From the NCBI RefSeq assembly GCF_009914755.1, contig NC_060928.1: 64,000 bases of DNA; one strand, given 5' to 3'. Source of the stretch: the human T2T-CHM13v2.0 reference genome, Homo sapiens. Positions 25,854 to 40,645 of the stretch are shown here, one piece after another. The notes beneath the pieces were generated by a model that had not been told where the DNA came from, searched no databases, and saw only the letters and a list, made by a program, of their open reading frames with translations. The position numbers and the translations under genes were made by a program. Positions within the stretch are counted from its first letter, which is position 1. The number at the start of each line of letters is the position of its first letter.

Positions 25854-28800
25854 CATTCTCAGAAACTTGTTTGTGATGTGTGTATTCAACTAACAGAGTT
25901 GAACTTTTGTTTTTACAGAGCCGTTTTAAAACACTCTTTTTGTGGAATCAGAAAGTGGATATTCGGATGGCTCTGAGGATTTCGTTGGAAGCGGGATTAC
26001 ATATAAAGTCTAGAGAGAAGCATTCTCAGGAACTTCTTTGTGATGTTTGCATTGAAGTCACAGAATTGAACATTCACTTTGATAGAGCAGGTTTGAAACA
26101 CTCATTCTGTAGTATCTGGAAGTGGACATTTCAAGCGCTTTCAGGCCTATGGTGAGAAAGGAAATATCTTCGAATAAAAACTAGACAGAAGCATCCTCAG
26201 AAACTTATTTGTGATGTGTGTCCTCAACTAACAGAGTTGAAACTTTGTTTTGATACAGCATTTTGGAAACACTCTTTTTGTAGAATCTGCAGGTGGATAT
26301 TTGGATAGCTTAGAGGGATTCGTTGGAAAGGGGATATCTTCATATAAAATCTAGACAGAAGCATTCTCAGAAACTTATTTGTGATGTGTGTCCTCAACTA
26401 ACAGAGTTGAACCTTGGTTTTGATACAGCATTTTGGAAACACTCCTTTTGTAGAATCTGCAGGTGGATATGTGGATAGCTCTGAAGATTTCGTTGGAAAC
26501 GGGAATTTCTTCATATAAAATCAAACAGAAGCATTCTCAGAAACTTCTCAGTGATGTTTGCATTCAGCTCATGGAGTTGAACACTTCCTTTCATAGAGCC
26601 GGTTTGAAACACTCTTTCTGCACTACCTGGAAGAGGACATTTCGAGCGCTTTGAGTCCTATGGTGAAAAAGGAAATATCTTCTCATAAAAACCAGAAAGA
26701 AGCATTCTCAGAAACTTCTTTGTGTTGTGTGTACTCATGTAACAGTGTTGAACCATCCTTTTGACAGAGCAGTTTTGAAACACTCTTTTTGTAGAATCTG
26801 CAAGTGGATATTTGGATAGCTTTGAGGATTTCGTTGGAAACGGGATGACATATAATATCTAGAGAGAAGCATACTCAGGAACTTCTTTGTGATGTTTGCA
26901 TTCAAGTCACAGAATTGAACATTCCCTTTCATAGAGCAGGTTTGAAACACTCTTTCTCTAGTATCTGGAAGTGGGCATTTCAAGCGCTTTCAGGCCTATG
27001 GAGAGAAAGGAAATACCTTCAAATAAAAACTAGACAGAAGCATTCTCAGAAACTTATTTGTGATGTGTGTCCTCAACTAACAGAGTTGAACCTTTGTTTT
27101 GATACAGCATTTTGGAAACACTCCTTTTGTAGAATCTGCAGGTGGATATTTGGATAACTTTGAAGATTTCGTTGGAAACCGGAATATCTTCATATAAAAT
27201 CAAGACAGAAGCATTCTCGGAAACATCTCTGTGATGTTTGCATTCAACTCAGTAGAGTTGAACACTTCCTTTCATAGAGCAGGTTTGAAACACTCTTTCT
27301 GCACTACCTGGAAGCGGACATTTCGAGCGCTTTGAGGCCTATGGTGAAAAAGGAAATATCTTCTCATAAAAACCAGAAAGAAGCATTCTCAGAAACTTCT
27401 TTGTGTTGTGTGTACTCAAGTAACAGTGTTGAACCTTCCTTTTGACACAGCAGTTTTGAAACACTCTTTTGGTAGAATCTGCAAGTGGATATTTGGATAG
27501 GTTTGAGGATTTCGTTGGAAACGGGTTATCTTCATATAAAATCCAGACAGGAGCATTCTCAGAAACTTCTTTGTGCTGCATGTCCTCAATTCACAGAGCT
27601 GAACCTTTGTTTGGATACAGCATTTTGGAAACATTCCTTTAGTAGAATCTGCAAGTTGATATTTAGATAGCTTTGAAGATTTCGTTGGAAACGGGAATAT
27701 CTTCATAGAAAATCTAGACGGAAGCATTCTCAGAAACTGCTTTGTGATGTTTGCATTCAAGTCACAGAGTTGAATATTCCCTTTTATAGAGTAGGTTTGA
27801 AACACTCTTTCGGCACTACCTGGAAGTGGATATTTCGAGCTCTTTGAGGCCTATGGTTAAAAGGAAATATCTTCCCATAAAAACTAGACAGAAGCCGTCT
27901 CAGAAACTTGTTTGTGATGTGTGTATTCAACTACCAGAGTTGAACATTTCTGTTACAGAGCAATTTTAAAACACTCTTTTTGTGGAATCTGAAAGTGGAT
28001 AATTGGATAGCTTTGTGGATTTCGTTGGAAACGGGATGACGTATAAAATCTAGAGAGAAGCATTCTCAGGAACTTCTTTGTGATGTTTGCATTCAAGTCA
28101 CAGAATTGAACATTCCTTTTCATAGTGCAGGTTTGAAACACTCTTTCTGTAGTATCTGGAAGTGGACATTTCAAGCGCTTTCAGGCCTACGGGGAGAAAG
28201 GAAATATCTTCAAATAAAAACTAGACAGAAGGATTCTCAGAAACTTATTTGTGATGTGTGTCCTAAACGAACACAGTTGAACCTTTGTTTAGATACAGCA
28301 TTTTGGAAACACTCCTTTTGTAGGATCTGCAGGTGGATATTTGGATAGATTTTAAGATTTCGTTGGAAACGGGAGTTTCTTCATAGAAACTCAAGACAGA
28401 TGCATTCTCAGAAACATCTCTGTGATGTTTGCATTCCACTCATAGAGTTGAAAACTTCCTTTCATAGAGCAGGTTTGAAACACTCTTTTTGTAATATTTG
28501 GAAGTGGACATTTGCAGCGCTTTGAGGCCTATGGTGAAAAAGGAAATATCTTCTCATAAAAACCAGAAACAAGCATTCTCAGAAACTTCTTTTTGATGTG
28601 TGTACTCAAGTAACAGAGTTGAACCTTCCTTTTGACACAGCAGTTTTGAAACAATCTTTTTGTAGAATCTGCAAGTGGATATTTGGATAGCTTTGAGGAT
28701 TTCGTTGGAAACGGGATATCTTCATATAAAATCTAGACAGAAGCATTCTCAGAAACTTCTTTGTGCTGTATGTCCTCAATTAACAGAGTTGAACCATTGC

Positions 28801-29085
28801 TTGGATACAGCATTTTGGAAACATTCCTTTAGTAGAATCTGCAAGTTGATATTGAGATAGATTTGAAGATTTCGTTGGAAAAGGGAATATCTCCATATAA
28901 AATCTAGACGGAAGCATTCTCAGAAACTGCTTTGTGATGTTTCCATTCAAGTCACAGAGTTGAATATTCCCTTTTATAGAGCACGTTTGAAACACTCTTT
29001 CTGCACTATCTGGAAGTGGACATTTCGAGCGCTTTGAGGCCTATGGTGAAAAAGGAAATATCTTCCCATAAAAATTAGACAGAAG
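25854..29085 (+). repeat. Canonical 19-mer HOR
   Basis: Anchors 25880 to 29112 = 3,232 bp. Confidence 0.94.
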
Positions 29086-32000
29086 CATTCTCAGAAACTT
29101 GTTTGTGATGTGTGTATTCAACTAACAGAGTTGAACTTTTGTTTTTACAGAGCCGTTTTAAAACACTCTTTTTGTGGAATCAGAAAGTGGATATTCGGAT
29201 GGCTCTGAGGATTTCGTTGGAAGCGGGATTACATATAAAATCTAGAGAGAAGCATTCTCAGGAACTTCTTTGTGATGTTTGCATTGAAGTCACAGAATTG
29301 AACATTCACTTTGATAGAGCAGGTTTGAAACACTCATTCTGTAGTATCTGGAAGTGGACATTTCAAGCGCTTTCAGGCCTATGGTGAAAAAGGAAATATC
29401 TTCGAATAAAAACTAGACAGAAGCATCCTCAGAAACTTATTTGTGATGTGTGTCCTCAACTAACAGAGTTGAAACTTTGTTTTGATACAGCATTTTGGAA
29501 ACACTCCTTTTGTAGAATCTGCAGGTGGATATGTGGATAGCTCTGAAGATTTCGTTGGAAACGGGAATTTCTTCATATAAAATCAAACAGAAGCATTCTC
29601 AGAAACTTCTCAGTGATGTTTGCATTCAGCTCATGGAGTTGAACACTTCCTTTCATAGAGCCGATTTGAAACACTCTTTCTGCACTACCTGGAAGAGGCC
29701 ATTTCGAGCGCTTTGAGTCCTATGGTGAAAAAGGAAATATCTTCTCATAAAAACCAGAAAGAAGCATTCTCAGAAACTTCTTTGTGTTGTGTGTACTCAT
29801 GTAACAGTGTTGAACCATCCTTTTGACAGAGCAGTTTTGAAACACTCTTTTTGTAGAATCTGCAAGTGGATATTTGGATAGCTTTGAGGATTTCGTTGGA
29901 AACGGGATGACATATAATATCTAGAGAGAAGCATTCTCAGGAACTTCTTTGTGCTGTTTGCATTCAAGTCACAGAATTGAACATTCCCTTTCATAGAGCA
30001 GATTTGAAACACTCTTTCTCTAGTATCTGGAAGTGGGCATTTCAAGCGCTTTCAGGCCTATTGAGAGAAAGGAAATACCTTCAAATAAAAACTAGACAGA
30101 AGCATTCTCAGAAACTTATTTGTGATGTGTGTCCTCAACTAACAGAGTTGAACCTTTGTTTTGATACAGCATTTTGGAAACACTCCTTTTGTAGAATCTG
30201 CAGGTGGATATTTGGATAGCTTTGAAGATTTCGTTGGAAACCGGAATATCTTCATATAAAATCAAGACAGAAGCATTCTCGGAAACATCTCTGTGATGTT
30301 TGCATTCAACTCAGTAGAGTTGAACACTTCCTTTCATAGAGCCGGTTTGAAACACTCTTTCTGCACTACCTGGAAGCGGACATTTCGAGCGCTTTGAGGC
30401 CTATGGTGAAAAAGGAAATATCTTCTCATAAAAACCAGAAAGAAGCATTCTCAGAAACTTCTTTGTGTTGTGTGTACTCAAGTAACAGTGTTGAACCTTC
30501 CTTTTGACACAGCAGTTTTGAAACACTCTTTTGGTAGAATCTGCAAGTGGATATTTGGATAGCTTTGAGGATTTCGTTGGAAACGGGTTATCTTCATATA
30601 AAATCCAGACAGGAGCATTCTCAGAAACTTCTTTGTGCTGCATGTCCTCAATTCACAGAGCTGAACCTTTGTTTGGATACAGCATTTTGGAAACATTCCT
30701 TTAGTAGAATCTGCTAGTTGATATTTAGATAGCTTTGAAGATTTCGTTGGAAACGGGAATATCTTCATAGAAAATCTAGACGGAAGCATTCTCAGAAACT
30801 GCTTTGTGATGTTTGCATTCAAGTCACAGAGTTGAATATTCCCTTTTATAGAGTAGGTTTGAAACACTCTTTCGGCACTACCTGGAAGTGGATATTTCGA
30901 GCTCTTTGAGGCCTATGGTTAAAAGGAAATATCTTCCCATAAAAACTAGACAGAAGCCGTCTCAGAAACTTGTTTGTGATGTGTGTATTCAACTACCAGA
31001 GTTGAACATTTCTGTTACAGAGCAATTTTAAAACACTCTTTTTGTGGAATCTGAAAGTGGATAATTGGATAGCTTTGTGGATTTCGTTGGAAACGGGATG
31101 ACGTATAAAATCTAGATTGAAGCATTCTCAGGAACTTCTTTCTGATGTTTGCATTCAAGTCACAGAATTGAACATTCCTTTTCATAGTGCAGGTTTGAAA
31201 CACTCTTTCTGTAGTATCTGGAAGTGGACATTTCAAGCGCTTTCAGGCCTACGGGGAGAAAGGAAATATCTTCAAATAAAAACTAGATAGAAGGATTCTC
31301 AGAAACTTATTTGTGATGTGTGTCCTAAACGAACACAGTTGAACCTTTGTTTTGATACAGCATTTTGGAAACACTCCTTTTGTAGGATCTGCAGGTGGAT
31401 ATTTGGATAGATTTTAAGATTTCGTTGGAAACGGGAGTTTCTTCATAGAAACTCAAGACAGATGCATTCTCAGAAACATCTCTGTGATGTTTGCATTCCA
31501 CTCATAGATTTGAAAACTTCCTTTCATAGAGCAGGTTTGAAACACTCTTTTTGTAATATTTGGAAGTGGACATTTGCAGCGCTTTGAGGCCTATGGTGAA
31601 AAAGGAAATATCTTCTCATAAAAACCAGAAACAAGCATTCTCAGAAACTTCTTTTTGATGTGTGTACTCAAGTAACAGAGTTGAACCTTCCTTTTGACAC
31701 AGCAGTTTTGAAACAATCTTTTTGTAGAATCTGCAAGTGGATATTTGGATAGCTTTGAGGATTTCGTTGGAAACGGGATATCTTCATATAAAATCTAGAC
31801 AGAAGCATTCTCAGAAACTTCTTTGTGCTGTATGTCCTCAATTAACAGAGTTGAACCATTGCTTGGATACAGCATTTTGGAAACATTCCTTGAGTAGAAT
31901 CTGCAAGTTGATATTTAGATAGATTTGATGATTTCGTTGGAAAAGGGAATATCTCCATATAAAATCTAGAGGGAAGCATTCTCAGAAACTGCTTTGTGAT

Positions 32001-32147
32001 GTTTCCATTCAAGTCACAGAGTTGAATATTCCCTTTTATAGAGCACGTTTGAAACACTCTTTCTGCACTATCTGGAAGTGGACATTTCGAGCGCTTTGAG
32101 GCCTATGGTGAAAAAGGAAATATCTTCCCATAAAAACTAGACAGAAG
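29086..32147 (+). repeat. 18-mer HOR variant (3,062 bp)
   Basis: Anchors 29112 to 32174 = 3,062 bp. m3/m4 hybrid; diagnostic TCTAGATTGAAGC and ACTAGATAGAAGG. Confidence 0.93.
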
Positions 32148-35100
32148 CATTCTCAGAAACTTGTTTGTGATGTGTGTATTCAACTAACAGAGTTGAACTT
32201 TTGTTTTTACAGAGCCGTTTTAAAACACTCTTTTTGTGGAATCAGAAAGTGGATATTCGGATGGCTCTGAGGATTTCGTTGGAAGCGGGATTACATATAA
32301 AATCTAGAGAGAAGCATTCTCAGGAACTTCTTTGTGATGTTTGCATTGAAGTCACAGAATTGAACATTCACTTTGATAGAGCAGGTTTGAAACACTCATT
32401 CTGTAGTATCTGGAAGTGGACATTTCAAGCGCTTTCAGGCCTATGGTGAGAAAGGAAATATCTTCGAATAAAAACTAGACAGAAGCATCCTCAGAAACTT
32501 ATTTGTGATGTGTGTCCTCAACTAACAGAGTTGAAACTTTGTTTTGATACAGCATTTTGGAAACACTCTTTTTGTAGAATCTGCAGGTGGATATTTGGAT
32601 AGCTTAGAGGGATTCGTTGGAAAGGGGATATCTTCATATAAAATCTAGACAGAAGCATTCTCAGAAACTTATTTGTGATGTGTGTCCTCAACTAACAGAG
32701 TTGAACCTTGGTTTTGATACAGCATTTTGGAAACACTCCTTTTGTAGAATCTGCAGGTGGATATGTGGATAGCTCTGAAGATTTCGTTGGAAACGGGAAT
32801 TTCTTCATATAAAATCAAACAGAAGCATTCTCAGAAACTTCTCAGTGATGTTTGCATTCAGCTCATGGAGTTGAACACTTCCTTTCATAGAGCCGGTTTG
32901 AAACACTCTTTCTGCACTACCTGGAAGAGGACATTTCGAGCGCTTTGAGTCCTATGGTGAAAAAGGAAATATCTTCTCATAAAAACCAGAAAGAAGCATT
33001 CTCAGAAACTTCTTTGTGTTGTGTGTACTCATGTAACAGTGTTGAACCATCCTTTTGACAGAGCAGTTTTGAAACACTCTTTTTGTAGAATCTGCAAGTG
33101 GATATTTGGATAGCTTTGAGGATTTCGTTGGAAACGGGATGACATATAATATCTAGAGAGAAGCATACTCAGGAACTTCTTTGTGATGTTTGCATTCAAG
33201 TCACAGAATTGAACATTCCCTTTCATAGAGCAGGTTTGAAACACTCTTTCTCTAGTATCTGGAAGTGGGCATTTCAAGCGCTTTCAGGCCTATGGAGAGA
33301 AAGGAAATACCTTCAAATAAAAACTAGACAGAAGCATTCTCAGAAACTTATTTGTGATGTGTGTCCTCAACTAACAGAGTTGAACCTTTGTTTTGATACA
33401 GCATTTTGGAAACACTCCTTTTGTAGAATCTGCAGGTGGATATTTGGATAACTTTGAAGATTTCGTTGGAAACCGGAATATCTTCATATAAAATCAAGAC
33501 AGAAGCATTCTCGGAAACATCTCTGTGATGTTTGCATTCAACTCAGTAGAGTTGAACACTTCCTTTCATAGAGCAGGTTTGAAACACTCTTTCTGCACTA
33601 CCTGGAAGCGGACATTTCGAGCGCTTTGAGGCCTATGGTGAAAAAGGAAATATCTTCTCATAAAAACCAGAAAGAAGCATTCTCAGAAACTTCTTTGTGT
33701 TGTGTGTACTCAAGTAACAGTGTTGAACCTTCCTTTTGACACAGCAGTTTTGAAACACTCTTTTGGTAGAATCTGCAAGTGGATATTTGGATAGCTTTGA
33801 GGATTTCGTTGGAAACGGGTTATCTTCATATAAAATCCAGACAGGAGCATTCTCAGAAACTTCTTTGTGCTGCATGTCCTCAATTCACAGAGCTGAACCT
33901 TTGTTTGGATACAGCATTTTGGAAACATTCCTTTAGTAGAATCTGCAAGTTGATATTTAGATAGCTTTGAAGATTTCGTTGGAAACGGGAATATCTTCAT
34001 AGAAAATCTAGACGGAAGCATTCTCAGAAACTGCTTTGTGATGTTTGCATTCAAGTCACAGAGTTGAATATTCCCTTTTATAGAGCACGTTTGAAACACT
34101 CTTTCTGCACTACCTGGAAGTGGATATTTCGAGCTCTTTGAGGCCTATGGTTAAAAGGAAATATCTTCCCATAAAAACTAGACAGAAGCCGTCTCAGAAA
34201 CTTGTTTGTGATGTGTGTATTCAACTAACAGAGTTGAACATTTCTGTTACAGAGCAATTTTAAAACACTCTTTTTGTGGAATCTGAAAGTGGATAATTGG
34301 ATAGCTTTGTGGATTTCGTTGGAAACGGGATGACGTATAAAATCTAGAGAGAAGCATTCTCAGGAACTTCTTTGTGATGTTTGCATTCAAGTCACAGAAT
34401 TGAACATTCCTTTTCATAGTGCAGGTTTGAAACACTCTTTCTGTAGTATCTGGAAGTGGACATTTCAAGCGCTTTCAGGCCTACGGGGAGAAAGGAAATA
34501 TCTTCAAATAAAAACTAGACAGAAGGATTCTCAGAAACTTATTTGTGATGTGTGTCCTAAACGAACACAGTTGAACCTTTGTTTAGATACAGCATTTTGG
34601 AAACACTCCTTTTGTAGGATCTGCAGGTGGATATTTGGATAGATTTTAAGATTTCGTTGGAAACGGGAGTTTCTTCATAGAAACTCAAGACAGATGCATT
34701 CTCAGAAACATCTCTGTGATGTTTGCATTCCACTCATAGAGTTGAAAACTTCCTTTCATAGAGCAGGTTTGAAACACTCTTTTTGTAATATTTGGAAGTG
34801 GACATTTGCAGCGCTTTGAGGCCTATGGTGAAAAAGGAAATATCTTCTCATAAAAACCAGAAACAAGCATTCTCAGAAACTTCTTTTTGATGTGTGTACT
34901 CAAGTAACAGAGTTGAACCTTCCTTTTGACACAGCAGTTTTGAAACAATCTTTTTGTAGAATCTGCAAGTGGATATTTGGATAGCTTTGAGGATTTCGTT
35001 GGAAACGGGATATCTTCATATAAAATCTAGACAGAAGCATTCTCAGAAACTTCTTTGTGCTGTATGTCCTCAATTAACAGAGTTGAACCATTGCTTGGAT

Positions 35101-35379
35101 ACAGCATTTTGGAAACATTCCTTTAGTAGAATCTGCAAGTTGATATTGAGATAGATTTGAAGATTTCGTTGGAAAAGGGAATATCTCCATATAAAATCTA
35201 GACGGAAGCATTCTCAGAAACTGCTTTGTGATGTTTCCATTCAAGTCACAGAGTTGAATATTCCCTTTTATAGAGCACGTTTGAAACACTCTTTCTGCAC
35301 TATCTGGAAGTGGACATTTCGAGCGCTTTGAGGCCTATGGTGAAAAAGGAAATATCTTCCCATAAAAATTAGACAGAAG
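32148..35379 (+). repeat. Canonical-length 19-mer HOR with an m19-like tract in m12
   Basis: Anchors 32174 to 35406 = 3,232 bp. m12 reads GAGCACGT...TTCTGCAC at 34083-34110. Confidence 0.93.
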
Positions 35380-36396
35380 CATTCTCAGAAACTTGTTTGT
35401 GATGTGTGTATTCAACTAACAGAGTTGAACTTTTGTTTTTACAGAGCCGTTTTAAAACACTCTTTTTGTGGAATCAGAAAGTGGATATTCGGATGGCTCT
35501 CAGGATTTCGTTGGAAGCGGGATTACATATAAAATCTAGAGAGAAGCATTCTCAGGAACTTCTTTGTGATGTTTGCATTGAAGTCACAGAATTGAACATT
35601 CACTTTGATAGAGCAGGTTTGAAACACTCATTCTGTAGTATCTGGAAGTGGACATTTCAAGCGCTTTCAGGCCTATGGTGAAAAAGGAAATATCTTCGAA
35701 TAAAAACTAGACAGAAGCATCCTCAGAAACTTATTTGTGATGTGTGTCCTCAACTAACAGAGTTGAAACTTTGTTTTGATACAGCATTTTGGAAACACTC
35801 CTTTTGTAGAATCTGCAGGTGGATATGTGGATAGCTCTGAAGATTTCGTTGGAAACGGGAATTTCTTCATATAAAATCAAACAGAAGCATTCTCAGAAAC
35901 TTCTCAGTGATGTTTGCATTCAGCTCATGGAGTTGAACACTTCCTTTCATAGAGCCGGTTTGAAACACTCTTTCTGCACTACCTGGAAGAGGCCATTTCG
36001 AGCGCTTTGAGTCCTATGGTGAAAAAGGAAATATCTTCTCATAAAAACCAGAAAGAAGCATTCTCAGAAACTTCTTTGTGTTGTGTGTACTCATGTAACA
36101 GTGTTGAACCATCCTTTTGACAGAGCAGTTTTGAAACACTCTTTTTGTAGAATCTGCAAGTGGATATTTGGATAGCTTTGAGGATTTCGTTGGAAACGGG
36201 ATGACATATAATATCTAGAGAGAAGCATTCTCAGGAACTTCTTTGTGCTGTTTGCATTCAAGTCACAGAATTGAACATTCCCTTTCATAGAGCAGATTTG
36301 AAACACTCTTTCTCTAGTATCTGGAAGTGGGCATTTCAAGCGCTTTCAGGCCTATTGAGAGAAAGGAAATACCTTCAAATAAAAACTAGACAGAAG
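35380..36396 (+). repeat. 6-mer HOR variant (1,017 bp)
   Basis: Anchors 35406 to 36423 = 1,017 bp. Confidence 0.93.
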
Positions 36397-39300
36397 CATT
36401 CTCAGAAACTTGTTTGTGATGTGTGTATTCAACTAACAGAGTTGAACTTTTGTTTTTACAGAGCCGTTTTAAAACACTCTTTTTGTGGAATCAGAAAGTG
36501 GATATTCGGATGGCTCTGAGGATTTCGTTGGAAGCGGGATTACATATAAAGTCTAGAGAGAAGCATTCTCAGGAACTTCTTTGTGATGTTTGCATTGAAG
36601 TCACAGAATTGAACATTCACTTTGATAGAGCAGGTTTGAAACACTCATTCTGTAGTATCTGGAAGTGGACATTTCAAGCGCTTTCAGGCCTATGGTGAGA
36701 AAGGAAATATCTTCGAATAAAAACTAGACAGAAGCATCCTCAGAAACTTATTTGTGATGTGTGTCCTCAACTAACAGAGTTGAAACTTTGTTTTGATACA
36801 GCATTTTGGAAACACTCTTTTTGTAGAATCTGCAGGTGGATATTTGGATAGCTTAGAGGGATTCGTTGGAAAGGGGATATCTTCATATAAAATCTAGACA
36901 GAAGCATTCTCAGAAACTTATTTGTGATGTGTGTCCTCAACTAACAGAGTTGAACCTTGGTTTTGATACAGCATTTTGGAAACACTCCTTTTGTAGAATC
37001 TGCAGGTGGATATGTGGATAGCTCTGAAGATTTCGTTGGAAACGGGAATTTCTTCATATAAAATCAAACAGAAGCATTCTCAGAAACTTCTCAGTGATGT
37101 TTGCATTCAGCTCATGGAGTTGAACACTTCCTTTCATAGAGCCGGTTTGAAACACTCTTTCTGCACTACCTGGAAGAGGACATTTCGAGCGCTTTGAGTC
37201 CTATGGTGAAAAAGGAAATATCTTCTCATAAAAACCAGAAAGAAGCATTCTCAGAAACTTCTTTGTGTTGTGTGTACTCATGTAACAGTGTTGAACCATC
37301 CTTTTGACAGAGCAGTTTTGAAACACTCTTTTTGTAGAATCTGCAAGTGGATATTTGGATAGCTTTGAGGATTTCGTTGGAAACGGGATGACATATAATA
37401 TCTAGAGAGAAGCATACTCAGGAACTTCTTTGTGATGTTTGCATTCAAGTCACAGAATTGAACATTCCCTTTCATAGAGCAGGTTTGAAACACTCTTTCT
37501 CTAGTATCTGGAAGTGGGCATTTCAAGCGCTTTCAGGCCTATGGAGAGAAAGGAAATACCTTCAAATAAAAACTAGACAGAAGCATTCTCAGAAACTTAT
37601 TTGTGATGTGTGTCCTCAACTAACAGAGTTGAACCTTTGTTTTGATACAGCATTTTGGAAACACTCCTTTTGTAGAATCTGCAGGTGGATATTTGGATAA
37701 CTTTGAAGATTTCGTTGGAAACCGGAATATCTTCATATAAAATCAAGACAGAAGCATTCTCGGAAACATCTCTGTGATGTTTGCATTCAACTCAGTAGAG
37801 TTGAACACTTCCTTTCATAGAGCAGGTTTGAAACACTCTTTCTGCACTACCTGGAAGCGGACATTTCGAGCGCTTTGAGGCCTATGGTGAAAAAGGAAAT
37901 ATCTTCTCATAAAAACCAGAAAGAAGCATTCTCAGAAACTTCTTTGTGTTGTGTGTACTCAAGTAACAGTGTTGAACCTTCCTTTTGACACAGCAGTTTT
38001 GAAACACTCTTTTGGTAGAATCTGCAAGTGGATATTTGGATAGCTTTGAGGATTTCGTTGGAAACGGGTTATCTTCATATAAAATCCAGACAGGAGCATT
38101 CTCAGAAACTTCTTTGTGCTGCATGTCCTCAATTCACAGAGCTGAACCTTTGTTTGGATACAGCATTTTGGAAACATTCCTTTAGTAGAATCTGCAAGTT
38201 GATATTTAGATAGCTTTGAAGATTTCGTTGGAAACGGGAATATCTTCATAGAAAATCTAGACGGAAGCATTCTCAGAAACTGCTTTGTGATGTTTGCATT
38301 CAAGTCACAGAGTTGAATATTCCCTTTTATAGAGTAGGTTTGAAACACTCTTTCGGCACTACCTGGAAGTGGATATTTCGAGCTCTTTGAGGCCTATGGT
38401 TAAAAGGAAATATCTTCCCATAAAAACTAGACAGAAGCCGTCTCAGAAACTTGTTTGTGATGTGTGTATTCAACTACCAGAGTTGAACATTTCTGTTACA
38501 GAGCAATTTTAAAACACTCTTTTTGTGGAATCTGAAAGTGGATAATTGGATAGCTTTGTGGATTTCGTTGGAAACGGGATGACGTATAAAATCTAGAGAG
38601 AAGCATTCTCAGGAACTTCTTTGTGATGTTTGCATTCAAGTCACAGAATTGAACATTCCTTTTCATAGTGCAGGTTTGAAACACTCTTTCTGTAGTATCT
38701 GGAAGTGGACATTTCAAGCGCTTTCAGGCCTACGGGGAGAAAGGAAATATCTTCAAATAAAAACTAGACAGAAGGATTCTCAGAAACTTATTTGTGATGT
38801 GTGTCCTAAACGAACACAGTTGAACCTTTGTTTAGATACAGCATTTTGGAAACACTCCTTTTGTAGGATCTGCAGGTGGATATTTGGATAGATTTTAAGA
38901 TTTCGTTGGAAACGGGAGTTTCTTCATAGAAACTCAAGACAGATGCATTCTCAGAAACATCTCTGTGATGTTTGCATTCCACTCATAGAGTTGAAAACTT
39001 CCTTTCATAGAGCAGGTTTGAAACACTCTTTTTGTAATATTTGGAAGTGGACATTTGCAGCGCTTTGAGGCCTATGGTGAAAAAGGAAATATCTTCTCAT
39101 AAAAACCAGAAACAAGCATTCTCAGAAACTTCTTTTTGATGTGTGTACTCAAGTAACAGAGTTGAACCTTCCTTTTGACACAGCAGTTTTGAAACAATCT
39201 TTTTGTAGAATCTGCAAGTGGATATTTGGATAGCTTTGAGGATTTCGTTGGAAACGGGATATCTTCATATAAAATCTAGACAGAAGCATTCTCAGAAACT

Positions 39301-39628
39301 TCTTTGTGCTGTATGTCCTCAATTAACAGAGTTGAACCATTGCTTGGATACAGCATTTTGGAAACATTCCTTTAGTAGAATCTGCAAGTTGATATTGAGA
39401 TAGATTTGAAGATTTCGTTGGAAAAGGGAATATCTCCATATAAAATCTAGACGGAAGCATTCTCAGAAACTGCTTTGTGATGTTTCCATTCAAGTCACAG
39501 AGTTGAATATTCCCTTTTATAGAGCACGTTTGAAACACTCTTTCTGCACTATCTGGAAGTGGACATTTCGAGCGCTTTGAGGCCTATGGTGAAAAAGGAA
39601 ATATCTTCCCATAAAAATTAGACAGAAG
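36397..39628 (+). repeat. Canonical 19-mer HOR
   Basis: Anchors 36423 to 39655 = 3,232 bp. Confidence 0.94.
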
Positions 39629-40645
39629 CATTCTCAGAAACTTGTTTGTGATGTGTGTATTCAACTAACAGAGTTGAACTTTTGTTTTTACAGAGCCGTT
39701 TTAAAACACTCTTTTTGTGGAATCAGAAAGTGGATATTCGGATGGCTCTGAGGATTTCGTTGGAAGCGGGATTACATATAAAATCTAGAGAGAAGCATTC
39801 TCAGGAACTTCTTTGTGATGTTTGCATTGAAGTCACAGAATTGAACATTCACTTTGATAGAGCAGGTTTGAAACACTCATTCTGTAGTATCTGGAAGTGG
39901 ACATTTCAAGCGCTTTCAGGCCTATGGTGAAAAAGGAAATATCTTCGAATAAAAACTAGACAGAAGCATCCTCAGAAACTTATTTGTGATGTGTGTCCTC
40001 AACTAACAGAGTTGAAACTTTGTTTTGATACAGCATTTTGGAAACACTCCTTTTGTAGAATCTGCAGGTGGATATGTGGATAGCTCTGAAGATTTCGTTG
40101 GAAACGGGAATTTCTTCATATAAAATCAAACAGAAGCATTCTCAGAAACTTCTCAGTGATGTTTGCATTCAGCTCATGGAGTTGAACACTTCCTTTCATA
40201 GAGCCGGTTTGAAACACTCTTTCTGCACTACCTGGAAGAGGCCATTTCGAGCGCTTTGAGTCCTATGGTGAAAAAGGAAATATCTTCTCATAAAAACCAG
40301 AAAGAAGCATTCTCAGAAACTTCTTTGTGTTGTGTGTACTCATGTAACAGTGTTGAACCATCCTTTTGACAGAGCAGTTTTGAAACACTCTTTTTGTAGA
40401 ATCTGCAAGTGGATATTTGGATAGCTTTGAGGATTTCGTTGGAAACGGGATGACATATAATATCTAGAGAGAAGCATTCTCAGGAACTTCTTTGTGCTGT
40501 TTGCATTCAAGTCACAGAATTGAACATTCCCTTTCATAGAGCAGATTTGAAACACTCTTTCTCTAGTATCTGGAAGTGGGCATTTCAAGCGCTTTCAGGC
40601 CTATTGAGAGAAAGGAAATACCTTCAAATAAAAACTAGACAGAAG
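39629..40645 (+). repeat. 6-mer HOR variant (1,017 bp)
   Basis: Anchors 39655 to 40672 = 1,017 bp. Confidence 0.93.
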
